Positions 22,818 to 26,326 of a stretch of DNA of 26,326 nucleotides are shown piece after piece. Within the stretch, counting starts at the first letter, position 1. Each line of letters begins with the position of its first letter. The translations under genes and the position numbers were made by a program. Source of the DNA: Candidatus Auribacterota bacterium (GTDB lineage: Bacteria; Auribacterota; UBA6266). The notes under the pieces are model-generated. The model made no database searches. It was not told the DNA's origin and saw only the letters and a list, made by a program, of their open reading frames with translations. Location of the stretch: contig JAGLRQ010000009.1 of the NCBI GenBank assembly GCA_023136205.1, forward strand, positions 1 to 26,326, given 5' to 3'.

Positions 22818-24884
22818 CTAATTACGCCTCAACGCTGAAACCGGGTTGAGGGCTCGAATAAAACACCATCCCAAACCGCCAACAACAAGAAGGCCTACTA
22901 CTGCAAGTATAATAAAGGAAGTTCCTGATAAGTCAATATGTCTTTCACCGGCCCTTTGGACATGTTCCAGCGTTACATACGCGAGAACTAACCCCGCCGA
23001 GCTCCCCGTGCCAAATGTGCCAACCGCCGCGGAAGACCTGAGCCAGAAGCTGGGCCTCGATTTATCAGTCTCCGCCCCAAAAACCTTCCTTCCTGATAAA
23101 AGCATTATTACAAAGCAAATAATGAAAGATAAAAGACAAAGGGCGGGAACCGACTTCCCATGAATCACAGACATATTCCCTGCCAACACCTCCTCCTTTA
23201 ACAGAACGGTTTTAACAAATGTGATAACAATAAGAATTATGCCAAATAAGCTTATCCACAAAGCCCTTTTCCCAAACTCTCTTCCCAAAATTTTTCCATG
23301 AGGTTCCGAGGGGGGAAGATCGCTTTTACGTTTTATATGTTTTTTATATGAAATAAAGATAGAAATCACGGGAACAATAATGGCAATTGCAAGCCCTATA
23401 CAGCCAGGGCCATCCCAGCTGCCATCAACTTTATGTAATAAGCCGCCTGTTTTCGAAACATCATCAAACAGACTCCATATAAAAAGCGCGGAAAGCACTA
23501 CGGGAATAATCACCCTTATCAAAATATCCCACCAAACCCCAATTTTCCAATCGCTTCTTTCGTTTGCGTGTATTCTTAAAAGCCGTGTACGGTAAAGCCA
23601 TCCAAGAACCAGGCATTCAAGAAGTCCAAGTAAAGCAATTCCCCAAGTACCATTGATCACTCCATCAGCAAGATCGAGCCAGCTAAGGCCGCCGTTAGTA
23701 CAAAAGATAAGGCCTGCTGAAAACCCTATAATACTCATGATTATAAGAACATTCGACCTTTTCCATCCCGTTTTATCAACAATGCTCGCAAGAATAGTTT
23801 CTGTTATCGAAAAAGCCGAATCCACGCCGAGAGTAACAAGGGTAAGAAAAAATATAAAACTGAACCACGCGGAATAAGGAAGCTGGGCAAGAGCATAAGG
23901 AAAAGCTACAAACGCGAGGCCCGGGCCTTTATCAACAACCTCGGATACGGGTATGGGATTGCCGGCCGCCTGAGCAGCATATGCCATACCTCCCAAAGTC
24001 GCGAATACTGCAATGCCGCAGATAAAACTTGTTCCGAAATCGGCAAGTCCAATTATCGTCGCATTATTATTTATATCGCTTTTCCTATGCAAAAAACTCG
24101 CGTAGGTAATCATTACTCCAAACGCAAGGCTCATTGAGAAAAATACCTGTCCAAACGCCCACCGCCAGGTAGTCGGTTCAGCAAGAAGACTCCAGTCAGG
24201 ATTTAAATAATATCCTATACCCTGGCCGGCCCCGGGAAGAGTAAGGCCTCTAATTGCAAGTATGGCAAGCATAACCAGGGGAAGCGGAACGGTAATCCAT
24301 ACAACTTTGCTAACCATTTTCACACCCTTACATATGCATAAATACATAGCAGCCCAGCTTATTGCAAGAGTAACAACTATATGCCACTGAATCTTACCAA
24401 GCTCAAAACTCCCATTAAAATTCAGGTAATTATTAAAGAAAAAAGCTTTTGCCTGCTGAACTCCTGCCATTCCCTCTCCGGCCCAGGGCAGATTCCCGCC
24501 GTGTTTAAAAATCCCGACAAGGCTGTACCACAGAAAGTTAAAGCAATAGGCAAGAATTACAGGATAATACGTGATAATCACAAATCCAAGCAAAACGCCC
24601 CACCACCCTATAAATTCAAAGTGTCTGTTAGATTGGCGAAAGGCATCAGGTGCTGCCCGCTGTGTCATGTGTCCAACTGAAAATTCCAATATCATCAGAG
24701 GAATCCCTATAAGGAACATTGCTATTATATAAGGGATTAGAAAAGCACCTCCACCGTAGGAATAAAGCTTGTACGGAAAACCCCATAAATTTCCGAGGCC
24801 GACAGCAGATCCTACCGCGGCAAGAACAAAACCGGTTCTACTCCCCCAGTTCTCACGAACTTCTTCGCGAATTTCCACTTTCAT
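22818..24884 (-). CDS. Sodium-dependent transporter of the neurotransmitter:sodium symporter (NSS/SNF) family with about 180 aa of extra C-terminal TM region
   Basis: The ORF has WGSRTGFVLAAVGSAVGLGNLWGFPY and GGGAFLIPY, the NSS signature. At 688 aa it is longer than the roughly 500-520 aa typical of bacterial homologues. Four more hydrophobic helices follow about aa 505. Confidence 0.88.
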   Translation of the reverse strand: MKVEIREEVRENWGSRTGFVLAAVGSAVGLGNLWGFPYKLYSYGGGAFLIPYIIAMFLIGIPLMILEFSVGHMTQRAAPDAFRQSNRHFEFIGWWGVLLGFVIITYYPVILAYCFNFLWYSLVGIFKHGGNLPWAGEGMAGVQQAKAFFFNNYLNFNGSFELGKIQWHIVVTLAISWAAMYLCICKGVKMVSKVVWITVPLPLVMLAILAIRGLTLPGAGQGIGYYLNPDWSLLAEPTTWRWAFGQVFFSMSLAFGVMITYASFLHRKSDINNNATIIGLADFGTSFICGIAVFATLGGMAYAAQAAGNPIPVSEVVDKGPGLAFVAFPYALAQLPYSAWFSFIFFLTLVTLGVDSAFSITETILASIVDKTGWKRSNVLIIMSIIGFSAGLIFCTNGGLSWLDLADGVINGTWGIALLGLLECLVLGWLYRTRLLRIHANERSDWKIGVWWDILIRVIIPVVLSALFIWSLFDDVSKTGGLLHKVDGSWDGPGCIGLAIAIIVPVISIFISYKKHIKRKSDLPPSEPHGKILGREFGKRALWISLFGIILIVITFVKTVLLKEEVLAGNMSVIHGKSVPALCLLSFIICFVIMLLSGRKVFGAETDKSRPSFWLRSSAAVGTFGTGSSAGLVLAYVTLEHVQRAGERHIDLSGTSFIILAVVGLLVVGGLGWCFIRALNPVSALRRN

Positions 24885-25039
24885 TTAAAGAAGCCTCCTT
24901 TAAATATTCATAAGTTAGCATGGACGTGGATAAAATTGTCACAGGATATTTATTATAATTTATCAATTATACAGTGACAACACTTTTCATTATTAATATT
25001 AATTGATATAAAGCTCCGCGCTGTGTTATATTTTTAACC

Positions 25040-25738
25040 ATGGAAAACGTGGCCTGTTATTTTAACGAAATCCTATTTGCCTCGGAATTAACTTATCGGG
25101 TTATGTGTTTCCGCCTGATATTTGCGGTGCTGGCCGGCGCGATTGTTGGATCAGAAAGGGAAAGGCATACAAAGCCTGCCGGTTTAAGAACCCACATGAT
25201 TATCTGTGTTGGAGCCACACTTCTCATGTTACTTTCCATCTATTTACCGTCAAAAAGCGGGGGGGATCCCGGCAGAATAGCCGCACAAGTAGTCACAGGT
25301 ATCGGTTTTTTAGGGGCCGGAGCTATCTTTCGCCTGGGATTCAACGTAAAAGGATTGACAAGCGCGGCAAGTATCTGGACAACTGCCGCCATCGGCCTTA
25401 CTATAGGTGCCGGCATGTATGCCGCTTCAATTTTTGCTGTTACAATACTGCTTCTCACTCTTAATGTAGTTACTATCATTGAATCAAAAGTTTTCACCGG
25501 CAGAATTGTAAAAGCTCTCACCATAATCATGGACAGTCACTCCGGAGTAGTCGGAAAAACCATAAAAGTGCTTGAAAAAAACGATGTCGGCACAAGCGAC
25601 CTGAGCATAGTAGAAGATATCGAGAAGGGAATAACGGAATTAAGAACAATCGTACGCGTAATAAAAGAAGCAGGGACAAAAAAACTTTTTAAAGAATTGC
25701 GGTCTATCGAAGGGCTTAAAAAAATCTCTCTGGATTAA
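25040..25738 (+). CDS. MgtC/SapB family membrane protein with a C-terminal soluble domain
   Basis: RLIFAVLAGAIVGSERERHTKPAGLRTHMIICVGATLLM is the MgtC family signature. The start is uncertain (ATG at 25040 or ATG at 25103). Its stop overlaps the convergent TlpA-like stop within TTAA. Confidence 0.85.
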   Translation: MENVACYFNEILFASELTYRVMCFRLIFAVLAGAIVGSERERHTKPAGLRTHMIICVGATLLMLLSIYLPSKSGGDPGRIAAQVVTGIGFLGAGAIFRLGFNVKGLTSAASIWTTAAIGLTIGAGMYAASIFAVTILLLTLNVVTIIESKVFTGRIVKALTIIMDSHSGVVGKTIKVLEKNDVGTSDLSIVEDIEKGITELRTIVRVIKEAGTKKLFKELRSIEGLKKISLD

Positions 25739-26238
25739 AGCAGCTTTTTTATCTCTTCCTCAAAAAAATCCTTACTCCCAAAGCCAACATGTGTTTTTAC
25801 CGCTTTTCCGCTCCTGTCATAAATTACCGTATGGGGAAGCCCGGTAACTGAATATTTAGAGACTATCCCTCCGGAACTTAAAAAAACAGGGAAATTTATC
25901 TTATTTTTCTCAACAAATCTTTGTATTTTATCAACATTTGCCTTATCTACGGAAACAGCAATAGATTCCAACCCTTCATCTTTATACTTTTCGTGTAAAT
26001 CTATAAAACCCGGCATCTCCTTTTTACAGTAAAAACACCATGTAGTAAAAATATTCAGGATTATAACCTTGCCTTTGTTGTCAGCAAGCAGCCTGTCTAA
26101 CCCTTCCGCGTCGATCTTCTTAACCTCAGGGACAGGCCCCGAATTATCCTTTACCGCTTCCACAGAATGCTCTTTCCCGCATGACGTAACAGATCCCATC
26201 ACAAACACAATAAACATAAACAAACAGAAATTTCTCAC
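25735..26238 (-). CDS. TlpA/ResA-like thiol-disulfide oxidoreductase lipoprotein (thioredoxin fold)
   Basis: The 167-aa ORF has a lipoprotein-type signal ending VTSC, a WCFYCKKE CxxC active site, and a GLPHTVIYD cis-Pro region. It starts at GTG with AGGAG 10 nt upstream. Confidence 0.82.
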   Translation of the reverse strand: MRNFCLFMFIVFVMGSVTSCGKEHSVEAVKDNSGPVPEVKKIDAEGLDRLLADNKGKVIILNIFTTWCFYCKKEMPGFIDLHEKYKDEGLESIAVSVDKANVDKIQRFVEKNKINFPVFLSSGGIVSKYSVTGLPHTVIYDRSGKAVKTHVGFGSKDFFEEEIKKLL

Positions 26239-26326
26239 TCTGCCATATCTCCTAACTTATGTATTAAAAAGCACTCAACAGGAAAAATATGCTTTTAATC
26301 CTTTATATGCTTTTTCCCTTCACCTA

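Noticed and set aside
24885-25039. Intergenic region upstream of the MgtC-family gene. I considered it as a Mg2+ (M-box) riboswitch, and I noted a TTGTCAC...GTGACAA inverted repeat.
   Set aside because: The region is too short and too AT-rich for an M-box, and no conserved M-box helices are evident. The 7-bp arms with a spacer of about 30 nt could arise by chance.
25105-25530. 119-aa plus-strand and 96-aa minus-strand ORFs nested in the MgtC-family gene. The 2036..2317 ORF is likewise nested in dnaB.
   Set aside because: These are alternative frames of confidently identified genes. Their products are Arg/Cys-rich or otherwise implausible.
1-26326. Window-wide search by eye for CRISPR arrays, rRNA, IS elements or transposases, integrases, reverse transcriptases and island-flanking direct repeats
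   Set aside because: I saw no regularly spaced repeat array and no ORF with DDE, tyrosine-recombinase, serine-recombinase or RT motifs. The only tRNA (Gln) is 7.7 kb from the island and embedded in housekeeping genes, so it is unlikely to be an integration site for the island.

Overview
This is a low-GC bacterial chromosomal segment: hand-counted 60-nt samples give about 38% G+C in core genes. Almost every gene is on the minus strand. Positions 1-12.6 kb form a housekeeping block with Firmicute-like synteny inside a diderm context. Read along the minus strand it runs hisG, a 29-aa basic mini-ORF, a TPR protein, ispE, spoVG, tRNA-Gln, prs, L25/ctc, pth, rpsF, ssb, rpsR, rplI, dnaB, then the bamA 5' end. 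yjbQ and pfkA sit on the plus strand. Positions 12.6-17.7 kb are accessory. They hold a secreted inhibitory-type serpin, a small cupin, and then a 3.1-kb island (14456-17590) of five co-oriented ORFs with no housekeeping identity. These are a minimal nucleotidyltransferase (MNT-type, GSx9DxD) with no intact HEPN partner; a 300-aa protein with a PD-(D/E)xK-like D...ExK signature; a single-pass membrane protein starting 1 nt after that gene's stop; a 298-aa protein with a HEPN-type RNAIAH (Rx4H) motif; and a small multi-TM protein. The last three ORFs are markedly AT-rich (20-33% G+C in sampled lines). I could not match this gene combination to any named defence or toxin-antitoxin system. It is the best candidate for an undescribed system, but all functional calls there rest on motifs only. 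Positions 17.7-26.3 kb carry a lipid kinase plus MGDG-synthase-like glycosyltransferase pair, an apparent operon of NSS transporter, GH35-like glycosidase and a secreted protein, an MgtC-family protein and a TlpA-like thiol-disulfide lipoprotein. I saw no CRISPR array, rRNA, transposase or integrase. Other oddities are a zinc-ribbon insertion in SpoVG, a possible bS22-like mini ribosomal protein missing from the ORF track, and phased ATTTGTG repeats upstream of the lipid-kinase operon.
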